Origin: Candidatus Micrarchaeota archaeon
GTDB taxonomy: Archaea; Micrarchaeota; Micrarchaeia; Norongarragalinales; SBBD01
Reading direction: 5' to 3'
Assembly (NCBI GenBank): GCA_043806595.1
Contig: JAZDGU010000044.1
Coordinates: forward strand, 1-26,223
Length of the DNA: 26,223 nt
In this document: piece by piece, positions 1 through 7,704 of the stretch
How the letters are laid out: each line of letters starts with the position of its first letter
Position numbering within the stretch: the stretch's first letter is position 1
The notes under the pieces: model-generated
The model's input: only the letters and a program-made list of their open reading frames with translations
Told to the model about the DNA's origin: nothing
The model's database searches: none
Program-made: the position numbers and the translations under genes

Positions 1-78
1 TTGGTTGCGTTCCAACTCCTCGATTTTTTCGAGGAGTTTTTGGTGGGTGGCGAGAAGCTCTTCGTGAGCTTCACACAT
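1..78 (-). CDS. Partial CDS (N-terminus MCEAHEELLATHQKLLEKIEELERNQ...), possible IS66 transposase leucine-zipper N-terminus
   Basis: Read directly: ATG at 78-76, then 26 open codons to the edge with heptad leucines. It is absent from the ORF track because it is short and truncated. Confidence 0.5.
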   Translation of the reverse strand, partial: MCEAHEELLATHQKLLEKIEELERNQ

Positions 79-141
79 GGAAAAAATCAAAACAGAACTA
101 CATGATTAATTTTTCGGTTGGCAAGAAAACTAACCTGTTAC
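1..141 (-). mobile_element. Probable left end of an IS66-family (ISBst12-like) insertion sequence, cut by the window edge
   Basis: On the - strand the segment begins GTAACAGGTTAG at 141, and IS66 terminal repeats start with GTAA. It is more AT-rich than the rest of the window. An ATG at 78 opens a Cys/coiled-coil N-terminus that runs off the edge. The second end and the DDE domain are not visible. Confidence 0.45.
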
Positions 142-257
142 GATGGAAAGACAGGCCTTGCCTGCAGGTGAAATGAATATTAAGCCGCCGGCCTCAGAAA
201 GCAAGAGGGCCGTTGAAGGGATGGCCCCAATGGAATTGGCTCGTCAGGTGGTTGCGG

Positions 258-1559
258 ATGGCAGCGGAAGAAATTACGACCGAGGTTCGCGTGGACAAGG
301 CAAAGTCCGCGGTCCGCGACCTGGAAATGGATGGAATCGCGCAGGCAAGGAGAAGTGCCGGAAAAAGGGTGTACAACCTCAACATCGGCGACCCAGTAAA
401 AAGCGGGGACATCGTTCCGCCGCTGGGGTTCAGGATAAAGCGGTCGCTGGAGGTGCTGAGAAAGAGGGGCTATGCCTATGCGCCTGCGCCCGGCGTGGTC
501 GAGCTCCAGAAGGCGGTTGCGGAGGATGCGCAGGCCCGGGGAATCAGGGATGCCAAGCCGGACAACGTCGTCGTCGGCGCCGGCGTCAGCGAAATCGTCA
601 ACTTCCTTTCCGGATTGGCCTTGGGCCGGGGGAAGAATATTCTGGTCCCCAGGCCGGACTACTACCTCTATTCAAGCCTGGCCAGATACTACGACGGGGA
701 AGTGAGATACTACGACCTCGAGCCGGAAAAGGGCTGGCAGCCCAACCTGGAACAAATCCGCAGGCAAATCGACGAAAGGACCGCGGCCGTAGTCGTCATC
801 AACCCCAACAATCCCACGGGCTCCACGAATAATGAAGAGACTCTCCGCCGTCTCATCCGCGTCGTCGGCAATGCTGGGAAGAACCGGATTCCGATAATAT
901 CGGATGAAATCTACCGGCATCTTGTGTTCCCGAAGGGCAGGCGGAAGAGCATACTTTCGCGCAATTTCGCCGGAAGGCACACGTCCATAGCCGCAATGAC
1001 GGATGAAGTCCCGGTCATCACGCTGGACGGAGTGTCCAAGAACTTCTATGCGCCGGGCGTCAGGATAGGGCATGCCATGTTCTCGAATTTCGGGCAGCGC
1101 TCGGGCTGGCTCAAGGCCATGAAAAGCCTGTGCGCCGCCCGCCTTGCGGCGCCCCACGACATCCAGTACACGTACGCCGATGCCATACGCACGAGGACGA
1201 GATGGTGGAACCGGCTCGCCTACAACCGCCGTCTAGTCGAAGTCCAGAAGAGGTCGGAATATGCGGCGAAAAGGCTGGACGGCATCGGATTCAAGGTGTC
1301 GGAACCCCAAGGGGCGTTCTACCTCCTCCCTAGGCTGAGTTCCGAAATGAGGAAGGTATGGAATACGGACAAGGAGTTTGCCCGGGAGCTTCTGGAAAAA
1401 ACGGGCATCTGGGTGGTGCCGGCCTCGGGGTTCGCCATGAAACCCGAGGATGGCTACTTCCGCGTGGTGTCGTTGCCACCGGTGAAGCAGCAGAAGAGGA
1501 TATTCGACGAAATGGCGGCGCACGTCAGGAGAAAACTCGCGGAAGCCAAGTCAAGTTGA
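258..1559 (+). CDS. PLP-dependent aminotransferase class I/II (alanine aminotransferase AlaA-like subgroup)
   Basis: Motifs LNIGDP, GAGVSE, INPNNPTG, IISDEIY, DGVSKNFYAPGVRIG (PLP lysine), PQGAFY, VPASGF and FRVVSLP. Start chosen at ATG 258, with AGGTG upstream, rather than TTG 213. Confidence 0.93.
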   Translation: MAAEEITTEVRVDKAKSAVRDLEMDGIAQARRSAGKRVYNLNIGDPVKSGDIVPPLGFRIKRSLEVLRKRGYAYAPAPGVVELQKAVAEDAQARGIRDAKPDNVVVGAGVSEIVNFLSGLALGRGKNILVPRPDYYLYSSLARYYDGEVRYYDLEPEKGWQPNLEQIRRQIDERTAAVVVINPNNPTGSTNNEETLRRLIRVVGNAGKNRIPIISDEIYRHLVFPKGRRKSILSRNFAGRHTSIAAMTDEVPVITLDGVSKNFYAPGVRIGHAMFSNFGQRSGWLKAMKSLCAARLAAPHDIQYTYADAIRTRTRWWNRLAYNRRLVEVQKRSEYAAKRLDGIGFKVSEPQGAFYLLPRLSSEMRKVWNTDKEFARELLEKTGIWVVPASGFAMKPEDGYFRVVSLPPVKQQKRIFDEMAAHVRRKLAEAKSS

Positions 1560-1599
1560 ATGGGCCTGCGCGCCGTTATGCCGGTGCGTCCCCCTGATT

Positions 1600-1607
1600 T
1601 TTATATC
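1600..1607 (+). promoter_or_regulatory. Archaeal TATA box candidate (TTTATATC) for a probably leaderless transcript
   Basis: AT island in GC-rich DNA beginning 28 nt before ATG 1628. Confidence 0.55.
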
Positions 1608-1627
1608 CGCGGGACGTTAGGCGTGCG

Positions 1628-2716
1628 ATGAAGAAGAAGGCCAGCAGGCGCGGCAAAACCGGCGCACGGCAAACACGGAAACGCGCACTGCGGAGAGCAG
1701 CGCCGGAACCGAAAAGAAAGAAGACTACAGCGGCGCCGCAAATCAGGGCTGCTGCAATGCCAGCGGCCAAGGCTGTTGCAGCGCCACCGCAGATTCCGCC
1801 AAGGGTTGCAGCGCCAGCGCCGGTTCCCCCAAGGCCTCCGACACCCAGTCAAGCAGTTGCCCCGGTTCCGCCCAAGCCTATCGAGCCAGCACAGCCGGTT
1901 GCCAAGGCAGCAGAGCCGTCCAAGCCGCAGGAACCCCGGTTCAAGCCCTCCGTGAGAAAGAGCCCCGCGGAGGAGGGCGTGACCGCGAAGGTCTACGCGG
2001 CGTACTACGGGAAGTGGCGCAAGATCACGGACGTCTACAGGGACGTATACGCGGGCAACGCCAAGGACGCGAATACTGGAAGGATAAGCGAGTGCACGAG
2101 GGAACTGCTCGAGGCCGGACTGCTCGAGAGCATGAAGCAGAAGGAGCGCTGGCCGCTCTACCGCGCGTCCATGTCGTGGCTGTACGGCGAATTCGAGGGC
2201 AAGAAGGCGCCGCTCAACGATTCCGACAGGCAGGCGCTCGAGAAGGTGCTCTTCCCTCCAGAAGAGGACTATAAGAGGGGCGAGGTGCCGTGGTTCGGGC
2301 TGAGCCGCGAGGAGGCCGAGGGAAAAAGGCCGTTCGTGCCGACGCCGCAGAAAATCCGCGACTTCCTGCATGCAAGCGTCGCGTTCACGCTGTTCCTGCT
2401 AGGCAATCCCACCGCGGGGCTGCCAAAGCAGACCGTGGAATCGTCCCTCGAACGCATAAAAAGGAACCTCGGGATGGAGTACGGCGGAAAGGCGGTAAGG
2501 CCCGCGGCTTCCGCAGCGCAGCCGCAGCTGGAGGACGAAGGGCTCGCCAAGGGGCCGTACGCGCACTCTTTCGCGGCTTATCTCCTGCTAAGATACCGGA
2601 CGGCCGCGAGGGACCACGACGACCCCCGGCACACGCTGCTCTACAAGCTCGTGCACGTGCTCTACGACAACCACTCCGCGGCGGCGCTCTGGAAGGCCGT
2701 CGAGGACTCCGTATAG
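1628..2716 (+). CDS. Hypothetical protein: Lys/Arg-rich then Pro/Ala-rich disordered N-terminus, helical C-terminal domain
   Basis: 362-aa ORF with host-like GC3 codon bias and a TATA box upstream. No family motif recognised. Confidence 0.8.
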   Translation: MKKKASRRGKTGARQTRKRALRRAAPEPKRKKTTAAPQIRAAAMPAAKAVAAPPQIPPRVAAPAPVPPRPPTPSQAVAPVPPKPIEPAQPVAKAAEPSKPQEPRFKPSVRKSPAEEGVTAKVYAAYYGKWRKITDVYRDVYAGNAKDANTGRISECTRELLEAGLLESMKQKERWPLYRASMSWLYGEFEGKKAPLNDSDRQALEKVLFPPEEDYKRGEVPWFGLSREEAEGKRPFVPTPQKIRDFLHASVAFTLFLLGNPTAGLPKQTVESSLERIKRNLGMEYGGKAVRPAASAAQPQLEDEGLAKGPYAHSFAAYLLLRYRTAARDHDDPRHTLLYKLVHVLYDNHSAAALWKAVEDSV

Positions 2717-2870
2717 CCCATTCGCGAGGCGGAAAAGCAAGGCGACATCGGTTTTGTTTCTTGTACAGCGAGGACGGCTCGGCGTTGCACGGTTTGTTTG
2801 AGAGGACATCGGGTATGGGCGTTCATTAAAAATGGCGGACGGCAGGGCTTGCGCGTAAAGGAAATAACCG

Positions 2871-2878
2871 TTATAAAC
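2871..2878 (+). promoter_or_regulatory. Archaeal TATA box candidate (TTATAAAC)
   Basis: Preceded by purine-rich AAAGGAAA and lies 20/29 nt before ATG 2891/2900. Confidence 0.55.
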
Positions 2879-2890
2879 ACGGGGGTAGTA

Positions 2891-4270
2891 ATGGCGGGCA
2901 TGCGGGGGAGGGTTGTAGTCTTGCTGCTGCTGCTTGCGATGGCCGTGCCGCAGGCGAAGTCGCTGCAGGACGAGATAAAGATTTACCTCAACCAGAGCGA
3001 GGTGGCGACTTACCAGACCGTCGAGATGGGCCAGCAGCGCTATATCGTCGTAGAGGTGGACGGTACGCCGAGGCTCGTGTTCGACATGGGGGCCGAGCTG
3101 GTCGCGAACGCCTCGCTGTTGGATGAAGTGCTCGCCGAGTACTACCGCAAGGTCGAATCCGGCACGTTCACGTTTCGGACCGCGGAGGACCTCAATAGGA
3201 CGTTCGCGGGCACGTATGCCGCGTTCGGCAGGTGCAACTCGACGTTCGTAACGGACATCGAGGAGAACTACCTCTGGAGGGACTTCAAGTGCTGGGAGAC
3301 TGGAGTCGGAAGGGCATGCGACAGCGCGATCGCGCTGCGCAAGGCGCTATCGAAGAGGCTTGCGGCGCTCAAGCCGAAAATGGAGGCCCTGCCTCTGCTG
3401 ATGCGGCAGGGAGAGACCGAGGGAACGTTCGACTCGCTCTCCGAGGTGCTCGTTCTGGCCAACGACTCGTACCAGAACGCCTCCGAGTTCCAGCAGTATT
3501 ACAAGTATTTCTTCGGGAAGAACCTGTGGGACGACCCCTCGTGCGGGCTCAACCCCGCGGACCTCAAGGCCATAGTGGACGCGATCTCGCCCGCGATAAA
3601 CAAGAAGTACGTGGGCGCGGGTGCGAACGCGTCCGCGCTCGCACAGGAGGCGGCGAGGCGCTCGGACTACTCGAAGGTGCGCGCGCTGCAGGTGCGCGGC
3701 GAGGAGGCGCTTGATACACTGAAGCTTTCCGCGGGCGAGGTCAAGGGCAGGTTCGCGGGCTACGGGTTCCCCACGGATGCCTTCGACGCCAAGATCACGA
3801 AGGCCGACCGCATCCTCGTCGACTTGGAAAACTCGGAGGGCGCCGCGGTTGCCGAAAGGCAGCTTAACAGCCTGTTCAGCGCCATCGCGGAATACAACGC
3901 GCTCAAGGAGAGGAACGGGCTGCTGCTGCCGTCGTATTCCGAGATGGTCTCGAACGTCAGGCAGGCGGACTCGCTGCTCGCCGAGGCGAGGGTCGCGGGC
4001 GGGGGGCCGGACGAGGCGCTCGAGGCCGAGATGGCGGCGCTCCGGCAGGAGATTTCGCTGGCAAACGACGCGCTGAGGAGGGGGGAGGACGTCGAGGCCG
4101 CTCGCATCGACCAGCTGAGCGCGCAGGCGGCTTCGCTGAAGGCGAGGGCCGGAGGCGAGGAGCCCCCGGGGCTGCAGTTCGACTGGTTCGTGGTCATAGC
4201 TGCAATCATCATCCTCGCGGGCGCCGGGGCGGTCTGGTGGTTCAGGATACGCAGGAAGGGGTATTACTGA
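2891..4270 (+). CDS. Secreted, C-terminally membrane-anchored alpha-helical protein
   Basis: Signal peptide MRGRVVVLLLLLAMAVPQAKS, four Cys in the N-terminal half, amphipathic helices, and C-terminal TM WFVVIAAIIILAGAGAVWWF followed by RIRRK. The start is ATG 2891 or 2900, not the upstream TTG. Confidence 0.85.
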   Translation: MAGMRGRVVVLLLLLAMAVPQAKSLQDEIKIYLNQSEVATYQTVEMGQQRYIVVEVDGTPRLVFDMGAELVANASLLDEVLAEYYRKVESGTFTFRTAEDLNRTFAGTYAAFGRCNSTFVTDIEENYLWRDFKCWETGVGRACDSAIALRKALSKRLAALKPKMEALPLLMRQGETEGTFDSLSEVLVLANDSYQNASEFQQYYKYFFGKNLWDDPSCGLNPADLKAIVDAISPAINKKYVGAGANASALAQEAARRSDYSKVRALQVRGEEALDTLKLSAGEVKGRFAGYGFPTDAFDAKITKADRILVDLENSEGAAVAERQLNSLFSAIAEYNALKERNGLLLPSYSEMVSNVRQADSLLAEARVAGGGPDEALEAEMAALRQEISLANDALRRGEDVEAARIDQLSAQAASLKARAGGEEPPGLQFDWFVVIAAIIILAGAGAVWWFRIRRKGYY

Positions 4271-4291
4271 ACGAGGGTTTTCCGTCGATAG

Positions 4292-4299
4292 TTATATAT
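4292..4299 (+). promoter_or_regulatory. Archaeal TATA box candidate (TTATATAT)
   Basis: AT island upstream of GTG 4335, followed by a short hairpin ACGGC...GCCGT (4303-4321). Confidence 0.55.
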
Positions 4300-4334
4300 A
4301 CAACGGCGGGGTATTTGCCGTCGGGGGGTTTGTT

Positions 4335-4643
4335 GTGGACGTGAACCAGATAGTCGTCTACGGGTTCGTGCTCACGCTCGCGTTCTTCGCGATTATCGCG
4401 TACCAGGCACACAAGAATTTGCGCGAGGTTCTTGCCGGGCTCAAGGACGTCAACTCGCGCGCCGGGAAGCTCGACAAGGCGGTTTCGGGCATGACGGACG
4501 ACGTGAGGCAGCTGAAGGCGGGCATCGCGAAGAAGGTCGAGAAGAGGAGCCTGGAGCGGATTATGCAGGAGACCGTCGAATTCATCGAGAGGAACGCGCC
4601 AGTCGCCGCAGTCGCGGAGAACCGCGTCGCCCGGAGGAGGTAG
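4335..4643 (+). CDS. Small protein with N-terminal TM helix and coiled coil
   Basis: TM IVVYGFVLTLAFFAIIAY, then heptads, ending KVEKRSLERIMQETVEFI...RRR. GTG start. Confidence 0.82.
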   Translation: MDVNQIVVYGFVLTLAFFAIIAYQAHKNLREVLAGLKDVNSRAGKLDKAVSGMTDDVRQLKAGIAKKVEKRSLERIMQETVEFIERNAPVAAVAENRVARRR

Positions 4644-4644
4644 C

Positions 4645-4932
4645 ATGGCGACCTTCGACCCCGGGCTGAACCTCGAGTCCGTCATACTGATACTGATATT
4701 CCTCGCCGTGTCTTACTGGATGGTGCGGCTGATGAGGAAGCTCAACCACACGACGAAGAAGAGCTTCCAGGAGATGCAGCACAACATGGACCGGCTCGAG
4801 CAGGAGTACGTCAAGCTCAGGCCGGAGATCGACGAGATGAAGCGCACGCTCGACAACAAGGTCGAATACGACTACCTCGAACGCAAGATGCACGAGCTGG
4901 TAAAGATAGTCATGCGCAGACGGGGTTCGTAA
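4645..4932 (+). CDS. Small protein with N-terminal TM helix and coiled coil, paralog of 4335-4643
   Basis: TM VILILIFLAVSYWMV, heptads, KVEYDYLERKMHELVKIV. Starts 1 nt after the upstream stop, with GGAGG upstream. Confidence 0.85.
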   Translation: MATFDPGLNLESVILILIFLAVSYWMVRLMRKLNHTTKKSFQEMQHNMDRLEQEYVKLRPEIDEMKRTLDNKVEYDYLERKMHELVKIVMRRRGS

Positions 4933-4987
4933 CCCCCCCTCCCCCGACCGCAAGCATAATTAGCATCCGACTTCCAGTGAAAACGTT

Positions 4988-5425
4988 ATGCCGACCGTCG
5001 ACGAAGAATGGATGGTGGAGAAGCTCTCGCGGATTCAGCGGGAGGCCCGCAAGCGCGGCGAGGACGTGCCGGACCTTTCCCACGGCTACATCGGGAGAGA
5101 ATTGAGGTTGGGTTCACGAAAGGACGACAAGGAGTACTACCGGACGCTTGCGGCGCACATTCGGCTTGCGGGCATCCGTGCGGACCCGGAGACCGCATTG
5201 CAGGTCCTCGAACCGCATTACTCGGAACTCATGGGGCGCTCGTACAAGGAAAGCACGCGCACTTCCGTCGGCAGGAACCGGGCGGCGATGCGGAAGGCGA
5301 TTACTAGGGAGTGGCGCGCGCTGCAGTGGAACATCCGCCAGGGCAAACTTCCGACGGAGAAGAAGCCGCAGGGCCTGCTGGCAAGGGCACGGGCGCGTAT
5401 CCGGAAGTTAATCAGAGGCTTCTGA
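4988..5425 (+). CDS. Hypothetical helical protein, tandem paralog family member 1
   Basis: 145-aa ORF. It shares I.REA...G..VP, TLAA and PE....L..H motifs with the next gene. Confidence 0.75.
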   Translation: MPTVDEEWMVEKLSRIQREARKRGEDVPDLSHGYIGRELRLGSRKDDKEYYRTLAAHIRLAGIRADPETALQVLEPHYSELMGRSYKESTRTSVGRNRAAMRKAITREWRALQWNIRQGKLPTEKKPQGLLARARARIRKLIRGF

Positions 5426-5476
5426 GCCGCCCTCCCAAAAAGAAGGCATTTAAGCGTATCCCGGGATAGTGCTTGC

Positions 5477-5845
5477 ATGCCGATTGAAATCCCGCGCGGG
5501 CTGGCCTACCAGATACGGAACCGGATGCTAACGATTGTAAGAGAGGCCGGCCGCGAAGGCGTCCCGAACACCGAATCCATCAGAGCGCGCCTGGAAAGGG
5601 TCAGGCCGGGGGTAGAAGCCGGAAGGCCCCAGCACGAGGAGCACGCGCTTACTCTCGCCGCGATGCTGTATGTGGTGGGCGGCGGAATGGCGATAATCGG
5701 GCCGGAGGTCGAGGGAATCCTGAAGGAACACCACGAAAGCGCCATGCGGAACGAGGCGGCGCTTTCAAATCTCGCGAAAATGCATCTCCAGATGGCTTTC
5801 GAGAGGGCCTTTCCCGAAGGGAGAAAAAACGCGGACACGCGGTAA
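5477..5845 (+). CDS. Hypothetical helical protein, tandem paralog family member 2
   Basis: 122-aa ORF with a TTTAAG TATA-like element about 28 nt upstream. Homologous to its neighbours. Confidence 0.8.
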   Translation: MPIEIPRGLAYQIRNRMLTIVREAGREGVPNTESIRARLERVRPGVEAGRPQHEEHALTLAAMLYVVGGGMAIIGPEVEGILKEHHESAMRNEAALSNLAKMHLQMAFERAFPEGRKNADTR

Positions 5846-5852
5846 TGGAGGC

Positions 5853-6219
5853 ATGAGCCCCGCGCGTGAACTGCCGGAAGGCATGGGATGGCTTAGGCGA
5901 GAGCGAATTTCGGTGGCGCGTGAGCTCGAACGTCTCGGGGGCATTCCTGAGGCGGAGCGAATTCGCGAATTGCTCGAAAGGTCCAAGCCCGGGCTCGGGA
6001 GAATCAGCCGGCAGTGCGGAGTGGAACGCAAGGAGGGTTTATGCGGCGACGGAAATAATTGTCCGGAGTGAACTGCCGGCGGAAGCCGCGAGGCTGCTTG
6101 TCGGGCACATTGACAGCGCGCGGCAGCGCCTTGGCGAAGAGCACCCGCTCTCCGTGCAGCTGCTTGAACTTTTCAAGGCCAACTGGCGCAGGCTCAACCC
6201 GTCACCGGAAAATCCTTGA
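5853..6219 (+). pseudogene. Tandem paralog family member 3, split by a +1 frameshift near 5988-6000
   Basis: The 5853 frame matches the N-half of the 5477 protein (ELPEGMGW..RER...RE....GIPEAERIRELLERSKPGL vs EIPRGLAY..RNR....RE...GVPNTESIRARLERVRPGV). The +1 frame matches its C-half (YAATEIIV...PAEAARLLVGHIDSA vs LAAMLYVV...PEVEGILKEHHESA). Removing one base gives 121 aa vs 122 aa. Confidence 0.72.
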
Positions 6220-7695
6220 GATCTTCCTCGAGAGGTCTTCGTAGACGGCCTCGAGGCGCTTGGCAGAGGCGGTGAAGTCCGCGAGGTCCTTCAGCAGCCT
6301 GCGGGACTGATAGGAGATGACGATCAGCATGAGCACCGCGAGCAGGAATATGAACAGGAAGAGGTACACGTACAGCCATTTCAAATCGAAGTCGAGCGTG
6401 CGGCCGGGGAAGAGGATGCCGGAGTAGACGTCCGTGAAGAAGGTCGCCTCGACGCGGTACTCGCCTTCCGCCGGAGGGTTGGCCCACGAGGCCTTGAAGT
6501 CCCTGAACTGCTGCTGGTAGACGGCGTGCGGGTCCGACTGGATAGTGGTCAGGGTATTGCCCTGCTGGTCCGTGACCTTGAAGAGGACGTAGACCGGAAT
6601 CTCAATGTTGCCCGTGTTCTCGAACGTGGCAACGAAGTCGACCGGCGGCGCCGGCTTATCGCGGTCGCCGACGACCGCTGCAGTCATCTTGCCGAGGGTC
6701 TTGCCGAAGTCGGCGTCCAGCCTTGCGATCCGGCCTGAGTACTTCGGCGTGGGGAGCCTGTAGCCCTCGAGCCGGAGGTCTATGTCCTGGCGCGTCATCG
6801 CGTCGTTGCCCCCCGTGGAGAGCGAGCCGAACTTGATGAACACCTTGGCGCCCGTGCGGTCCTTGATGAAATAGGCGGGCGACGCGATGCCCTGGCCGAT
6901 GCCGAGCAGGAAGTCCATGCCCGACCGCTGTATGAGGTCCGAGGTCTGGATGAGGGAGTACGTGCCCACGTCGGGGACGAGCAGGAACGGGTTGGTCTGG
7001 GCATTGAGGAGGGTTATCTCAAGGAGGTCGCCGTTGACGAGGAACGCCTGCGCCGGCTTGGCGAGCGAGAATGCGTAGTCGTTCACGTAGTAGGAGGTGT
7101 CGTACTCGTCCTTGCCGTTGAGCACCTGCACGTCGTACGCCCGAAGCTCGTTGAGGACGGAGTCGTCGAGCCTGCCGACGGCGTAGATTCTCGAGGGCCG
7201 CAGGGAGTCGATGGCGTCGCGGACCTTCTGGGGGAGCTCGCGCACGCCCCTCGCGTAAAGGATGGGGGCCTTGCGGGTCACCGCGAGGTAGCGCGCGGAA
7301 AGGGCGTCGAACGCGAAGTCGTCCCGCACCAGTATGACTTCCTGCGAGCCCGTCTTCTGGGCGAGGATCGCGGAGAGCTCGTAGTGGTCCTGGTAGGGCG
7401 TGTCCCTCACGTCGAGGTCCAACTGCCTCAGGCGGTAGGTGAGGCTCGGCACGGGGTTGTCGATTCTGCCGTAGAGCTCCACCGTGGCGGCCTTGAGCGT
7501 CCCCAGTTCCTCGAGCGCGGCCGCGGAGTGGGCGATGTCCTGCACGTAGCGCAGCGGCAGGCCCTTGTTCTGGGCGTAGATGCTTGCGGCATAGACGTCC
7601 TGCCAGTTGTTCGAGTTCACGAGGACGACGGCCGCGGATTGCGCGAGGGATAGTAGGAGGAGGAAGGCGAACGTTGCATGCCTGAGCTTATCCAT
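6202..7695 (-). CDS. Secreted, C-terminally anchored protein with cell-wall-binding repeat 2 (CWB2)-like units and an Ig-like domain
   Basis: Signal peptide and the CWB2-type string VILVRDDFAFDALSARYLAVTRKAPILY...LPQKV...IYAVG...LNGKDEYDTS, plus two degenerate flanking units. A CARDB-like FENTGN...GEYRVEA domain, a TM helix and a short cytoplasmic coil follow. ATG 7695 lies 9 nt after the upstream stop. Confidence 0.85.
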   Translation of the reverse strand: MDKLRHATFAFLLLLSLAQSAAVVLVNSNNWQDVYAASIYAQNKGLPLRYVQDIAHSAAALEELGTLKAATVELYGRIDNPVPSLTYRLRQLDLDVRDTPYQDHYELSAILAQKTGSQEVILVRDDFAFDALSARYLAVTRKAPILYARGVRELPQKVRDAIDSLRPSRIYAVGRLDDSVLNELRAYDVQVLNGKDEYDTSYYVNDYAFSLAKPAQAFLVNGDLLEITLLNAQTNPFLLVPDVGTYSLIQTSDLIQRSGMDFLLGIGQGIASPAYFIKDRTGAKVFIKFGSLSTGGNDAMTRQDIDLRLEGYRLPTPKYSGRIARLDADFGKTLGKMTAAVVGDRDKPAPPVDFVATFENTGNIEIPVYVLFKVTDQQGNTLTTIQSDPHAVYQQQFRDFKASWANPPAEGEYRVEATFFTDVYSGILFPGRTLDFDLKWLYVYLFLFIFLLAVLMLIVISYQSRRLLKDLADFTASAKRLEAVYEDLSRKISRIFR

Positions 7696-7704
7696 GTTCC
7701 CCAA

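Noticed and set aside
143..832. 229-aa ORF overlapping the aminotransferase
   Set aside because: Alternate frame of a well-supported enzyme gene, with low-complexity Arg/Gly composition.
4933..4950. C-rich tract after the 4645-4932 gene as a terminator or phase-variable tract
   Set aside because: It is intergenic, short and not U-rich, with nothing else supporting a function.
5866..6219. Independent 117-aa gene starting at GTG 5866
   Set aside because: Its first ~45 codons show no paralog similarity, while the overlapping 5853 frame does. A single frameshifted gene explains both.
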